Positions 1 to 11,200 of a stretch of 64,000 nucleotides of DNA are shown piece by piece. Origin of the DNA: Bacillota bacterium (GTDB lineage Bacteria > Bacillota > Clostridia > Acetivibrionales > DTU013); NCBI GenBank assembly GCA_023435925.1, contig JAEZLF010000152.1, positions 5,589 to 69,588 on the forward strand, given 5' to 3'. Made by a program: the position numbers and the translations under genes. Position 1 is the first letter of the stretch, and each line of letters opens with the position of its first letter. The notes under the pieces were generated by a model. It saw only the letters and a program-made list of their open reading frames with translations, was not told where the DNA came from and ran no database searches.

Positions 1-1823
1 TCTTTAAAATGATTGGCGAAGGTAAAACGTCAGGTGTCTTTCAGTTGGAAAGTACCGGCATGACACAATTTATGAAGGAATTGCAGCCGGCCTCACTGGA
101 AGATATCATTGCAGGGATATCTCTGTACAGGCCGGGTCCTATGGACTCCATACCCAAGTATATCAAGAACAAAAATCACCCGGGCAATGTGGAATATGAA
201 CACCCGCTGCTGGAAGAAATTTTGGATGTGACCTATGGATGTATGGTGTATCAGGAGCAGGTTATGCAGATCGTAAGAGATCTGGCGGGATATTCCTATG
301 GCCGTTCGGATCTTGTGCGGCGCGCTATGTCAAAGAAAAAACACGATGTCATGCAAAAGGAACGGGAAAACTTTATTCACGGTATTGTGGACGAAAGTGG
401 CAAAATTTTGGTCATGGGTGCTGTAAGAAACGGCGTGGATGAGAAAATTGCCGACCGGATATTTGACCAGATGACGGACTTTGCCAGCTATGCCTTTAAC
501 AAGTCCCATGCTGCGGCTTATGCGGTTGTTGCCTATCAGACCGCCTGGATTAAGTACTATTATCCGGTTGAATTTATGGCAGCGTCTCTGAACAGCTTTC
601 TTGGCAGCAGCGAAAAGGTCTCACAATATGTCCATGAATGTAAGCAGATGGGGATTGAAGTATTGCCTCCGGATGTGAATGAAAGTGATGTCCGGTTCAC
701 GGTAATAGGTAAAAAGATTCGATTTGGTATGGCGGCAGTCAAAAACGTAGGCGAGAGTGCTGTCGGTGAATTGATATCTGAAAGAATAGAGAAAGGACCC
801 TATAAAAGCTTTGGTGATTTCTGCGAACGTATTGGCGGCAGGGACATCAATAAACGATGTGTAGAAAGTCTGATCAAATGTGGTGCATTTGATTCCTTCG
901 GCGTATTCCGATCGAAAATGCTTGCCGTATACGAAAAGCTTCTTGATGGCGTGCAGCAAAGCCGTAAGAGCAAGGTAGAAGGTCAATTATCGCTTTTTGA
1001 GATGCCCGGTGAAGCAAGCGTTGTCCAACCCGAGGAGAGTTTTCCGGATTTGAATGAATTTCCGCCCAAAGTGCTTCTAACAATGGAAAAGGAGATGCTC
1101 GGATTGTATGTTTCAGGGCATCCCCTTATGGAGTTTGAAGAAGAGCTGCGATTACAGACGACAATGAACAGTTCAGATCTGATTGAGGCAGGAACAGAAA
1201 ATGTAGAAAGCCCGGAAGCTCCTGCCGGAAACATGGATAATGGGAGCAGAACTGTAACAGATGGAAGATTTGTGACTGTAGGTGGAATAATCGCCGAGAA
1301 AAAAACCAAGACTACAAAAAGCAACAATCTTATGGCCTTTGTCACGCTGGAAGATATTTATGGAAGTATGGAGATTATTGTATTTCCGACTGTTCTGTCC
1401 CGCTTTAAAGATTTACTGGTGGATGAAAATGCTGTCTTTATTGATGGTAGAATCAGCATAAAGGAGGAAGAGCAGCCAAAAATCATCTGCGAAAGTGTAC
1501 GGCCTATCAAAAGTAGGGATGTTGGGTGTGGGAGTTTAGAAAATAGCAATGATCGTGTGAAAAACATAAGGGATAGGAAAGACAAAAGAGATAAGCTGTA
1601 TATTCTGACAGAGGAAGCAGCCGACAGTAAGGTTATGAGATCGACGTTTTCTTTGCTGAAGTATTTCAGCGGTAATATACCGGTATGTTTCTGTACGGTA
1701 GGAAGTGAGGGAAATATTACCAAAATGAACACCGAAGAATACGGTGTTGAAATTTGTGATACACTGCTTAATGAGCTAAATGAGCGATTTGGCAAAGAAC
1801 ATGTAAAAATTGTTCCCAAGTAA
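1..1823 (+). CDS. dnaE: DNA polymerase III alpha subunit, C-terminal part (5' end outside window)
   Basis: Frame stays open to the window start (FKMIGEGKTSGVFQLESTGM). YRPGPMD and NKSHAAAYAVVAYQTAW motifs, plus an OB-fold-like tail, are typical of DnaE. Confidence 0.9.
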   Translation, partial: FKMIGEGKTSGVFQLESTGMTQFMKELQPASLEDIIAGISLYRPGPMDSIPKYIKNKNHPGNVEYEHPLLEEILDVTYGCMVYQEQVMQIVRDLAGYSYGRSDLVRRAMSKKKHDVMQKERENFIHGIVDESGKILVMGAVRNGVDEKIADRIFDQMTDFASYAFNKSHAAAYAVVAYQTAWIKYYYPVEFMAASLNSFLGSSEKVSQYVHECKQMGIEVLPPDVNESDVRFTVIGKKIRFGMAAVKNVGESAVGELISERIEKGPYKSFGDFCERIGGRDINKRCVESLIKCGAFDSFGVFRSKMLAVYEKLLDGVQQSRKSKVEGQLSLFEMPGEASVVQPEESFPDLNEFPPKVLLTMEKEMLGLYVSGHPLMEFEEELRLQTTMNSSDLIEAGTENVESPEAPAGNMDNGSRTVTDGRFVTVGGIIAEKKTKTTKSNNLMAFVTLEDIYGSMEIIVFPTVLSRFKDLLVDENAVFIDGRISIKEEEQPKIICESVRPIKSRDVGCGSLENSNDRVKNIRDRKDKRDKLYILTEEAADSKVMRSTFSLLKYFSGNIPVCFCTVGSEGNITKMNTEEYGVEICDTLLNELNERFGKEHVKIVPK

Positions 1824-1904
1824 AAACAGGGAATGGTCGGTACCGGTTTAAGGCCTTATATATAAAGGGTTATAGCCATTTAAGGGACAAATTGTGTTGA
1901 TTTT

Positions 1905-2177
1905 TTGAATGAAATAATATATAGTAGTTGCGAGGTGGTTTTATTGGATGGGGAGTTAGAGAAGATTCTAGGTGAGTATGTTGTTATCAAAGCTGAAGAA
2001 AATGGTGTAAATGTGATTGGACTTACCAGAGGCAGAGATACCAAATTTCATCATACTGAAAAGCTTGATAAAGGAGAGGTATTATTGGCTCAGTTTACGG
2101 AGAATACTTCCGCAATAAAGGTGAGAGGAAAATCTAAAATATTGTGTCGACATGGGGAAATTTTGTCGGGTGAATAG
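1905..2177 (+). CDS. hypothetical small protein (90 aa, TTG start)
   Basis: ORF only. No recognisable motif and the start is uncertain. Confidence 0.3.
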   Translation: MNEIIYSSCEVVLLDGELEKILGEYVVIKAEENGVNVIGLTRGRDTKFHHTEKLDKGEVLLAQFTENTSAIKVRGKSKILCRHGEILSGE

Positions 2178-2198
2178 GCCGAAAAGGGGCGTGTTAAA

Positions 2199-2396
2199 AT
2201 GTGGACAGTCGTATATATGGCTCAAAGCAAGGAAATAGCGACTACATTGCAAGAGCTGCTCACGAATGAAGGAATTCTTGTAAAACTCAGACCAATCAGT
2301 AAAAATCACGAAAATAATGATAATTATTTTGAAGTACTGGTGCCGGAAGCTGAAGTAGAAGAGGCACATAGCGTTATAATCGAAAAGGGATATTAA
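2199..2396 (+). CDS. hypothetical small protein (65 aa)
   Basis: ATG preceded by a purine-rich stretch (aaaagggg). Followed by a hairpin terminator. No function recognised. Confidence 0.4.
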   Translation: MWTVVYMAQSKEIATTLQELLTNEGILVKLRPISKNHENNDNYFEVLVPEAEVEEAHSVIIEKGY

Positions 2397-2423
2397 TTGC
2401 TTCCGATATCATGTTCGTACTTG

Positions 2424-2460
2424 AATCCCGTGTATGAAAGCAAACACGGGATTATTATAT
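2424..2460 (+). terminator. hairpin terminator
   Basis: aatcccgtgt / acacgggatt 10-bp stem followed by an A/T-rich tail. Confidence 0.45.
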
Positions 2461-2484
2461 GGGAAATTGTGTTAGGATGGTATC

Positions 2485-2901
2485 ATGTTTATTTCACAGA
2501 CATTTATTACAGTTCGATATGCGGAGACCGATCAAATGGGTGTTGTACATCACTCAAATTATGCGGTATGGTTTGAGGCGGGTAGGACAGATTTTATTAA
2601 AAAGATGGGTATGCCCTATTCCAAAATTGAGGAACATGGCGCAATGCTTCCATTATTGGAGTTGAAATGTTCGTTTAAGGGGTTTGCCAGATATGAGGAT
2701 GAGTTGGTCGTCAAAACGTACATAAAAGAATACACCGGTACCAGACTTCTTTTTCATTACGACGTATGTAAAATTAGCAATGATAAAGTGATAACAGAGG
2801 GCGAAACCCTGCATGTCTGGACAAATAGCAGTTTAAAGCCTGTCAATATAAAAAAATACAGACCGGAAATCAATGAGCTTATCGAAAAAACAGCTTTTTG
2901 A
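2485..2901 (+). CDS. acyl-CoA thioesterase, 4HBT/YbgC family
   Basis: The N-terminus ITVRYAETDQMGVVHHSNYAVWFEAGRTDF is the classic hot-dog 4HBT motif. Confidence 0.8.
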   Translation: MFISQTFITVRYAETDQMGVVHHSNYAVWFEAGRTDFIKKMGMPYSKIEEHGAMLPLLELKCSFKGFARYEDELVVKTYIKEYTGTRLLFHYDVCKISNDKVITEGETLHVWTNSSLKPVNIKKYRPEINELIEKTAF

Positions 2902-3084
2902 TTCGAAATCTTTTTCACGGCACAATCATTGCGTAAAAACATTATTATATGGTAAACTATAGCTGATTATATTCTCCGCAAGGAAGTAAATCAACAAGAA
3001 GCGGAGCATATAATGTGCTATTGCGGGCACATGAAAATCAACATGGAGTTTTGTGTCTGCGCACATTATAGCTTGGGTGGTGAT

Positions 3085-3642
3085 TTGGTGAACGTTCCGA
3101 ACATACTGACGGCAATACGGTTCTTAATGGTACCTGCTTTTGCATATCTTCTATGCACGGAGCACTACGTCTCAGCAGTGATCATTTTTCTTGCAGGTGG
3201 TTTAACAGATGTGTTGGATGGCTATATAGCAAGAAAGTATAACCTGATCACTTCCTTGGGAAAGATTGCGGACCCTATGGCTGACAAGCTGATGCAGTTA
3301 ACTGCACTGGTGATACTGTCGTTGGTTTTAAAGGTTATCCCCATTGAGTTGCTTCTCATTATTATGCTGAAGGAAATTTTTATGGGCATTGGCGCTCTTG
3401 TTTTATATAAGCAGGATCATTATGTGGTATCGGCAAATTGGTATGGGAAAATGGCTACCGTAGTTTTTTATCTGGCAATTGTCATGCTGATATTTGACAT
3501 GCCGTTCAGCAGGTGGATTGTATTAGGACTGCCTTTTAATAAATTCTTTTTTATTTTGGCGGTTATGGCAGCATTGTTCGCATTTTTTATGTATGTGAGG
3601 TCGTACTGGAAGATCAAAAAGATGAGTTCACAGAAGGTATAG
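3085..3642 (+). CDS. pgsA: CDP-diacylglycerol--glycerol-3-phosphate 3-phosphatidyltransferase
   Basis: CDP-alcohol phosphatidyltransferase motif GGLTDVLDGYIARKYNLITSLGKIADPMADKL. The ORF opens at 3013, but TTG 3085 or GVG-adjacent GTG 3088 behind GGGTGGTGA gives the usual MxNxPNxLT N-terminus. Confidence 0.85.
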   Translation: MVNVPNILTAIRFLMVPAFAYLLCTEHYVSAVIIFLAGGLTDVLDGYIARKYNLITSLGKIADPMADKLMQLTALVILSLVLKVIPIELLLIIMLKEIFMGIGALVLYKQDHYVVSANWYGKMATVVFYLAIVMLIFDMPFSRWIVLGLPFNKFFFILAVMAALFAFFMYVRSYWKIKKMSSQKV

Positions 3643-3653
3643 GATAGGGGTAC

Positions 3654-4532
3654 ATGTTTGGTTATATCGTTCCGGAAAAACCGGAAATGAAAATAAAGGA
3701 ATACGAACTTTTTAGAGCGTATTACTGCGGTGTGTGTAAATCAATCAGCAAAAGGCATGGACAGCTGGAGCGGCTGACATTAAACTATGACTCCACTTTT
3801 TTGGCGATTCTGTTGTCTGCAGTCGCCGGTGATCCTCTCAATGTGGGAAAAATGCGTTGTATTGCTCATCCTGTTGAGAGAAGACACATCATCCGGGATA
3901 ACGGTATTATTGATTACGCCTCAGACATGAATGTTTTGTTGGCGTATTATAATTTAGAGGATAAACGCCGGGATGGTAATGCAGTTGTACCGACAGCGGC
4001 AATGGTCGTGTTGGGAAGGGCATTCAGAAAGCTGAAGAAAAGATATGCCGGTCAGTGCTCCGTCATTGAGAAAAGACTGGACGATCTGGTACAGCTGGAA
4101 AAAGCGAAGTGCGCTTCTATGGATATGGCTGCAGAACCCTTCGCAAAGCTGATGGAAGAGGTTACTGCCTATAAACCGTTATGCGGCAATGAGAAAAATG
4201 AAAAAACTTTGAGATGGATCGGTTATAATCTGGGGAAATGGATTTATCTTCTGGATGCCTATGATGATATGGAGAAGGATATACAGTCAAAAAACTATAA
4301 CCCTCTAATATATCAGTATTCATATGACAATACCGATGTTGCTTCTTTCAAAGACAAAATTAAGGACAGGGTAGAGTTTAACCTGACCTATTCGCTGAAT
4401 GAAATTTCACGGGCGTTTGAACTGCTGGATATCAGGGCAAATAAAGAGATACTTGAAAACATCATCTACATGGGTATGCTCAGAAAGACGGAAAAAATTC
4501 TTGGAATGGGGAGATGTAATAGCATTGAATAA
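3654..4532 (+). CDS. conserved hypothetical protein (DUF5685-like, from memory)
   Basis: 292-aa ORF with N-terminus [29 protein letters not shown]. It abuts the J-domain gene. Confidence 0.55.
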   Translation: MFGYIVPEKPEMKIKEYELFRAYYCGVCKSISKRHGQLERLTLNYDSTFLAILLSAVAGDPLNVGKMRCIAHPVERRHIIRDNGIIDYASDMNVLLAYYNLEDKRRDGNAVVPTAAMVVLGRAFRKLKKRYAGQCSVIEKRLDDLVQLEKAKCASMDMAAEPFAKLMEEVTAYKPLCGNEKNEKTLRWIGYNLGKWIYLLDAYDDMEKDIQSKNYNPLIYQYSYDNTDVASFKDKIKDRVEFNLTYSLNEISRAFELLDIRANKEILENIIYMGMLRKTEKILGMGRCNSIE

Positions 4533-5145
4533 TCCATATGAAGTTCTCGGAATCAAAGAAGGTGCTAGTGAGGATGAAATTAAAAAAGCCTATAGAGAGA
4601 TGGTCAAAAAATACCATCCGGATCAATACCAGGATAACCCGCTGTCAAAGCTCGCGGAGGAAAAGCTGCGAGAAGTAAATGAGGCGTATGATTATCTGAT
4701 GAAGAATTCTGCTCCGGGACGTGATACCTCATATCGTAGCAGCGGCAGCAGCGGTTGGAGCGGACAGCAGGGTGACAATGAGTTCTATAATAAGGTGAGA
4801 AGTCATATCAATAGCGGAAATGTCCAGTCAGCGGAAGATTTGCTTGACCGCAACAGCAACCGGACAGCACCCTGGTACTACCTGAAAGGCCTGATATTCA
4901 TGCGCAAGGGATGGTATGACGAAGCTTATACCCATTTGCAGCAAGCGGTCAATATGGATCCTTCCAATTATGAATACAGAAATGCATTGAACCGTATGAG
5001 TCAATCCAACAATGTGTACAGGACGAATTCATACAATAAAGGCTATAACAACGGCAATCCGGACCTTTGTACCTTATGCCAGTGTCTATGGTGCTCCGAT
5101 TGCTGTTGCGAATGTGCCGGCGCAGATTTGATTAGCTGCTGCTGA
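4525..5145 (+). CDS. J-domain protein with Cys-rich C-terminus
   Basis: [31 protein letters not shown] contains the HPD motif. The tail is [21 protein letters not shown] 4525 lies behind GGGGAG. The longer ORF from 4399 overlaps the upstream gene. Confidence 0.8.
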   Translation: MNNPYEVLGIKEGASEDEIKKAYREMVKKYHPDQYQDNPLSKLAEEKLREVNEAYDYLMKNSAPGRDTSYRSSGSSGWSGQQGDNEFYNKVRSHINSGNVQSAEDLLDRNSNRTAPWYYLKGLIFMRKGWYDEAYTHLQQAVNMDPSNYEYRNALNRMSQSNNVYRTNSYNKGYNNGNPDLCTLCQCLWCSDCCCECAGADLISCC

Positions 5146-5232
5146 TGCTGACGGGGATCTGGTCAGCTGCTGCTGAATATAGGATGATCCGGTCTGCGGT
5201 GTGGCAATGGGTTATCAACGCGGAGGAATTGA

Positions 5233-5754
5233 ATGAATAATCATACGCTGAATACGAAAAAGGTTGCGTTAAACGGTATTCTGGGAGCACTTGCTGTAAC
5301 ATGTCTTGTACTGGCGACTGTGATGCCTGTCAACAGACTTTCATTTTACGCATTGAGTTCCTTTTTTGTTGCGGTTGTTATAGTCGAGAGCGGAAGCAGG
5401 GCAGGCTGGATCTTTTATGCGGCAACAAGTCTTCTTTCATTGATGGTTGTGCCTGAAAAGCTCGGCATTGTGCCTTATGTTATTTTTTTCGGAATATACG
5501 GCATTGTGAAATACTATGTTGAAAAGCTGAATAAAATCATTCCGGAGTATGCAATAAAGTTTGTGTACTTCAATGTTTGCGTGGGAGTTGCATTACTGAC
5601 GGTCAGCTCGCTATTTGGGAACAGCATTGTTGTCAAGCTGCCATGGGGGCTGGTTGTGATTGCTCTGGAGATCATTTTTTTTATTTATGATTTTGTATAT
5701 ACTTTATTTATCAATTATTACAGGGACAAACTAAGACCTCGGCTGAGATTGTAA
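5233..5754 (+). CDS. multi-pass membrane protein, function unknown
   Basis: GGAGGAATTGA-ATG RBS. Four to five hydrophobic segments. Confidence 0.6.
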   Translation: MNNHTLNTKKVALNGILGALAVTCLVLATVMPVNRLSFYALSSFFVAVVIVESGSRAGWIFYAATSLLSLMVVPEKLGIVPYVIFFGIYGIVKYYVEKLNKIIPEYAIKFVYFNVCVGVALLTVSSLFGNSIVVKLPWGLVVIALEIIFFIYDFVYTLFINYYRDKLRPRLRL

Positions 5755-5771
5755 AAAGAAAGGCGATCATT

Positions 5772-8156
5772 GTGGAAGATAAAACCTTAAGAATACTTGA
5801 GTTTGACAAGATAGTAAAAAAACTGACCGGAATGTGTGCTTCGGAGCTTGGCAGGGAGCTTGCCGAAGAAATGGAGCCTCAAAGAGATCTGTTACATATA
5901 ACCGGAATGCTCAAGGAAACAACAGATGCTGTGGATTTCATCCTCAGAAGAGGCAGTCCTCCACTGGGAGGCCTGCATGATGTCCGCAGCAACCTGAAAC
6001 GGGTTGAGCTGGGCTCTGTGTTGAATCCTGGCGAGCTGTTGCGGATTGGAGACACACTGCGGGCAGCCAGGAATCTGAAAAAATATTCTTCGATTGCGGA
6101 CAGGACGGATTCGGAAGGCACAAATTATATCAGCGGACTGATTGATTCTCTTGAATCCAATAAGCGTATTGAAGATAAGATCAATATGGCAATTGTGAAC
6201 GAGGAAGAAATTTCGGACAGTGCCAGCACAACATTATCAAATATCAGGAGGCAGATCAAGGAACAGCAGAATTCCATCAAAGAAAAGCTCAATAGTATGA
6301 TGAGATCTGCCACATATCAGAAGCTGATGCAGGACTCCATTGTGACCATGAGAGGCGACAGATATGTTGTGCCTGTGAAAGCGGAGTTTAAAAATGATGT
6401 GCCCGGTTTGGTACATGACTCATCAGCCAGCGGTTCCACTGTTTTTATAGAGCCTATGGCAGTGGTGGAGGCTAATAACAGTATCAAACAGCTTAAAGTC
6501 AAGGAGCAGCTGGAGATTGAGCGTATACTGCACGAGCTCACTGCAGACATTGCAGATATTCTTGAACCCTTAAAATACAACATGGGGCTTTTTGCCGATA
6601 TTGATTTTGCTTTTGCCAAAGCAAAGCTGAGTCTTGACTTAAAATGCGTTTGCCCTAAGCTTAATGTTGAAAAGCGAGTCCATATTAAGAAAGGCAGACA
6701 TCCCCTCCTGGACAGCAAAATTGTAGTCCCGATAAACCTGTGGGTGGGAAATGGTTTCAATACACTTGTGGTGACAGGACCTAATACAGGCGGAAAAACA
6801 GTCACATTAAAAACACTTGGGCTTTTCACGTTGATGGCGCAGTCGGGTCTTCACGTACCAGCGGCAGAAGGGACAGAACTAAGTATTTTTAACCGTATTT
6901 TCGCAGATATCGGTGATGAGCAAAGCATTGAACAAAGCCTTAGCACGTTTTCTTCCCATATGACCAATATTGTTAAAATACTGGCTGAAGCAGATGAGAA
7001 TTCGCTGGTGCTTTTTGATGAGCTTGGTGCCGGTACAGACCCTACAGAGGGAGCCGCGCTTGCGATGGCAATCCTTGAAAGGCTTCATCACATGGGTGCT
7101 ACCACCGTTGCTACCACGCATTACAGTGAGTTGAAGGTCTATGCCCTTACAACGGAAGGAGTAGAGAATGCCTGTTGTGAATTTGATGTGGAAACGCTGC
7201 GGCCTACCTACAATCTGCTGATCGGGGTACCAGGGAAGAGCAATGCTTTTGCAATATCCCGACGATTAGGACTTCAGGAGGATATACTGGAAAAAGCCAG
7301 GGAATTCTTATCCGGTGAAGAAATAGAGTTTGAAGATATTCTGATGACAATTGAGAAAAACCGAAGCGATACAGAGAAAGAAAGATTAAAAGCAGAAACC
7401 TTCCGGTTGGAAATTGAGGGATTGAAAAAGGAGCTGGAGGACCAAAAGCAAAAACTGTCGGTGCAAAAGGACAAGCTGCTGCGGGAGGCCAAAGAAGAGG
7501 CCAGGAAAGTACTCCTCAACGCGAAGCAGGATGTGGAAGACATGCTTGAGGAAATGAAGCGCGCCGCAAAAGAGCAGGATGAGGTTTTGAGAAATAAAGC
7601 AGCCGAAGAAGTTCGGGCAAAGCTGAGAAATGATATTAGCGGGCTTGAAGGTGCTATTTCTGAAAGTTTGTTCCCAAGACAGGGGTATATAAAGCCACCG
7701 GAGAATCTGAAACCGGGAGACAGTGTTTTGATCGTCAACCTGAATCAGAAGGGTACGGTTATTACGCCTCCCGACAAAGCCGGAGAAGCCATCATTCAAG
7801 CCGGAATAATGAAGATCAATGTTCATGTAACGAATCTGAAGCTTGTGGATGAGCAGGCCATAGAGACACGTAAATCCGGTGCGGGAAGGATTGGTATGTC
7901 CAAATCCATGAATGTCTCTTCCAGGGCGGATATCAGAGGCTTAAATGTGGACGAGGCTGTCGAAATACTGGGCAAGTTCCTGGATGATGCAGCTATTGCC
8001 GGTCTTTCAGAGGTTACAGTCATTCATGGGAAGGGTACAGGTATGCTGCGAAATGGTGTTCATCAATTCTTAAAATCAAATAGTCATGTCAAGGACTATC
8101 GGCTTGGGAAATATGGCGAGGGCGAATCTGGAGTCACAATAGTAACATTAAAGTAA
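5772..8156 (+). CDS. mutS2: endonuclease MutS2
   Basis: Walker A GPNTGGKTVTLKT, a long coiled-coil region, and a C-terminal Smr domain (DIRGLNVDEA...VIHGKGTGMLR). Confidence 0.95.
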   Translation: MEDKTLRILEFDKIVKKLTGMCASELGRELAEEMEPQRDLLHITGMLKETTDAVDFILRRGSPPLGGLHDVRSNLKRVELGSVLNPGELLRIGDTLRAARNLKKYSSIADRTDSEGTNYISGLIDSLESNKRIEDKINMAIVNEEEISDSASTTLSNIRRQIKEQQNSIKEKLNSMMRSATYQKLMQDSIVTMRGDRYVVPVKAEFKNDVPGLVHDSSASGSTVFIEPMAVVEANNSIKQLKVKEQLEIERILHELTADIADILEPLKYNMGLFADIDFAFAKAKLSLDLKCVCPKLNVEKRVHIKKGRHPLLDSKIVVPINLWVGNGFNTLVVTGPNTGGKTVTLKTLGLFTLMAQSGLHVPAAEGTELSIFNRIFADIGDEQSIEQSLSTFSSHMTNIVKILAEADENSLVLFDELGAGTDPTEGAALAMAILERLHHMGATTVATTHYSELKVYALTTEGVENACCEFDVETLRPTYNLLIGVPGKSNAFAISRRLGLQEDILEKAREFLSGEEIEFEDILMTIEKNRSDTEKERLKAETFRLEIEGLKKELEDQKQKLSVQKDKLLREAKEEARKVLLNAKQDVEDMLEEMKRAAKEQDEVLRNKAAEEVRAKLRNDISGLEGAISESLFPRQGYIKPPENLKPGDSVLIVNLNQKGTVITPPDKAGEAIIQAGIMKINVHVTNLKLVDEQAIETRKSGAGRIGMSKSMNVSSRADIRGLNVDEAVEILGKFLDDAAIAGLSEVTVIHGKGTGMLRNGVHQFLKSNSHVKDYRLGKYGEGESGVTIVTLK

Positions 8157-8170
8157 GAAAAATACAAACA

Positions 8171-8204
8171 AAATGTGAATTTTAACAAAAATTCACATTT
8201 TTTA
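8171..8204 (+). terminator. rho-independent terminator after mutS2
   Basis: aaatgtgaattt / aaattcacattt stem followed by a T-run. Confidence 0.6.
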
Positions 8205-8206
8205 TC

Positions 8207-8235
8207 TTGTATTTCTTTCCAATAACCAATATAAT
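8207..8235 (+). promoter_or_regulatory. sigma-A-type promoter candidate for the NRPS operon
   Basis: TTGTAT, 17 nt, TATAAT, located 58 nt upstream of the NRPS ORF. Confidence 0.45.
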
Positions 8236-8293
8236 TTATTTATATAGGATTTTATGTCGTCAAACATTATGATACCCCACTTATGATAACGAG

Positions 8294-11200
8294 GTGATCG
8301 CCTTGCACAATAATATTGATTTTTATCCTCTTACCCATCCACAAAAGGCAGTCTGGTTTACTGAAAAGCTGCACCCGGGCACATCCATCGGCAATGTCGC
8401 CGCAACTCTAAGAATGAAAGGAACAATCGATTTTTCAGTCCTTGAAAAGGCTATTAATCTGTTTATAAAAAATAATGATTCCATGCGTCTTCGTATTATT
8501 GAGATAGATGGAGAGCCGAAACAATATTTTTCAGAATATCAATATCATACATTTGAGACCATAGATTTTTCTGGTATGGATATCAACGAGTTATACAAAT
8601 GGGATTCATTACAATCAAAAACTCCGCTGGAATTGATTGATTCAGATTTATTTTACTTTGTACTGATAAAATTAAGTGATAATGATAACGGGTTTTACGT
8701 TAAATGCCACCATTTGATTGCAGATGCATGGTCCATGAATCTGCTCGGAAGCAGGATCATGCATATTTATTATGCAATGAAAGGTGAAAGTGAGATTCCT
8801 GAGTTGTATACTCCTTCTTATACTGACTTCATGATGAGTGAAGATCAATATATGGCTTCAAACAGATATATCAAGGATCAGGAATATTGGGACAAGATAT
8901 TTGAATCATTTCCCGAAAGGACTATATTAAAAGCAGATCCACCGGAGCATACCAGTATTAAAGCCAGACGGAAAACAATGATTGCACCAAAAAAACTCAC
9001 TGCCAGGATTTATCAATATTGCTATGAGAATAAAACTTCTGTTTTTTCTCTGTTTGTTGCCGCATTGTCGATGTATATCAACCGAGTGACTGATAAAAAT
9101 GATATCATTTTAGGGACTACGACTTTGAACAGGCTTAATACGAAAGAAAAGGAAACAGTCGGTATGTTCAATAACATTGTCCCAATTCGTATTGATATGA
9201 ATGACAACATGAATTTTAGAACCCTCATTGAGAATGTATCAAGGGAAGGGCTTAAACTATTAAGGCATCAGAAATACCCATATGATTATATTTTGAAATC
9301 GGTCAGGGAGAAGCATCAGATTACGGATAATATCTTTAATATTGTGTTGATTTATCAAAATACAAAGCTTGATATGGACCATATCAAAGAAGAATTTTCC
9401 TCTAGGTGGCATTTTAATGGTTATCAGGTAGATTCTCTGCATATTAGTATCAATGACAGAGAAAATGAAGGAAACCTTATTATTGACTATGACTATCAGA
9501 CAGACTTGTTCCATGCAAAAGAAATTGACTTTATTCATCAGAACATCATTAATGTTTTGTGGCATGCTTTGGACGATCCTGCGAAAACTGTCTCCAGATT
9601 GGAAATGCTCTCTGAAAAAGAGAAATGCAGAATACTACGAGAATTCAACAAGACCAAAATCATTTGCCCTGATGGGTTGGAAACTGATTCTTCGGAAGAA
9701 TATCACAAAGCAATGCTTAGAAAGATTCCAGCACAAACAAAATCCTATATTCTGGATAAAAATCTCAATCTTATGCCAATAGGAATTGCAGGGGATTTAT
9801 TTATTTCAGGAAAAAGCATATCAAATGACAGGCGAAAGGAACTGGTGTTTTTAGATGGAGCCGGCTTACCAAATCCGTATTCCGATGGTGACAGACTTTA
9901 TAGAACCGGTTATAAAGCCAGATGGTACCCGGACGGAGACATATTGTATCTGGGAAGTGTTGTGCCGGGAAACTCATTGAAGTCTGAAAGAATTTATAAT
10001 AAAAGTGAAATAGTAGTTGATATTTTATCCACTTTTACTGCTGAGCCTGTTGAAAGCTATATAAAATGGTGGGGAAGACAATTCGGATATCATTTAAAAA
10101 TAAACTTCGCAGGATACAACCAGATATTTCAGGAGCTTTTGAACCCTGAAAGCTTATTATCAAAGAATAATGACGGAATCAACGTCATTCTGATAAGGTT
10201 TGAGGATTTTATCAGATATGAAAACGGCTCTGATGAAGAAAAAATCAGTATACTGGAAAAAACACAGGAAGAGCTGAAGGACGCTTTTGGCAGTTTTGAG
10301 AGCAAAGCATCCACTGTGGTGGGAATTTTCCCACTGGCGCCTTATTTGGATATGAGTATAGTACTGCAGCAAAAAATTGAAAAGATCAGTATGGATTTCA
10401 AAAGAGCGCTTGAAAAGCATAAAAATGTATTCATTCTGGATTTTTGTGAGATGCAGGCAATATACGGTATTCATGAGGTATTCGATTCTCTTCAGGATAA
10501 AGAGGCGCATATGCCTTTTACAGAAGAATATTATGCAGCAATGGGAACTGAACTAGCGAGGAAAGTATGCGCGATTAGGAAGCAGACATTGAAGGTAATC
10601 GTACTGGATTGTGATAACACTCTGTGGAAAGGAATATGTGGAGAGCAGGGAGCTCTTGGTGTCCATATAACCGAACCTTACCGGCAGCTGCAGCAGTTTA
10701 TGCTTCAGAAATATCAGGAAGGATTTTTGCTTGCAGTTTGCAGTAAAAACAATGAGAAGGATGTTCTTGAAGTCTTTGAAAAGAACCCCGGAATGATTTT
10801 AGAGAAAAAACATTTTATTTCATGGAAAATCAACTGGAAAGAAAAAAGCATAAATATTAAAGAGATTGCAGAGGATTTAAATCTCGGCTTGGACAGCTTC
10901 ATTTTCGTGGATGATAATCCGCTGGAATGCTCCAAAATGGCGGAAAGCTGCCCTGAGGTATTAACTTTGCAGTTACCGTATGTAAATGAATACATACCAC
11001 TGTTTCTGAAACATGTTTGGGCCTTTGACAAGGTGAGGATAACCAATGAAGATATTCTAAGGAATGAGATGTATGAGGCAGAGGCAAAAAGAAAAACGCT
11101 ACAAAATGCAAATAGTACCTTTAAGCAATTTATGCACAGTCTCCATTTGAAAGTCAGCATGAGGGTTATTACAGACGATGAAATTGAAAGAGCGGCACAG

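Noticed and set aside
4399-4524. N-terminal extension of the J-domain ORF
   Set aside because: It overlaps the preceding conserved gene by 134 nt. The J domain starts right after TTG 4525, which has a GGGGAG RBS.
5879-7826. Multiple 60-170-aa antisense ORFs inside mutS2. The same pattern occurs inside the NRPS, PBP, hyd genes, GH and metG, e.g. 24596-25141, 29290-29790, 40774-41307 and 51706-52179.
   Set aside because: Each lies antisense to, or out of frame within, a strongly supported long CDS. They lack an RBS and have low-complexity or odd composition, so they are shadow ORFs.
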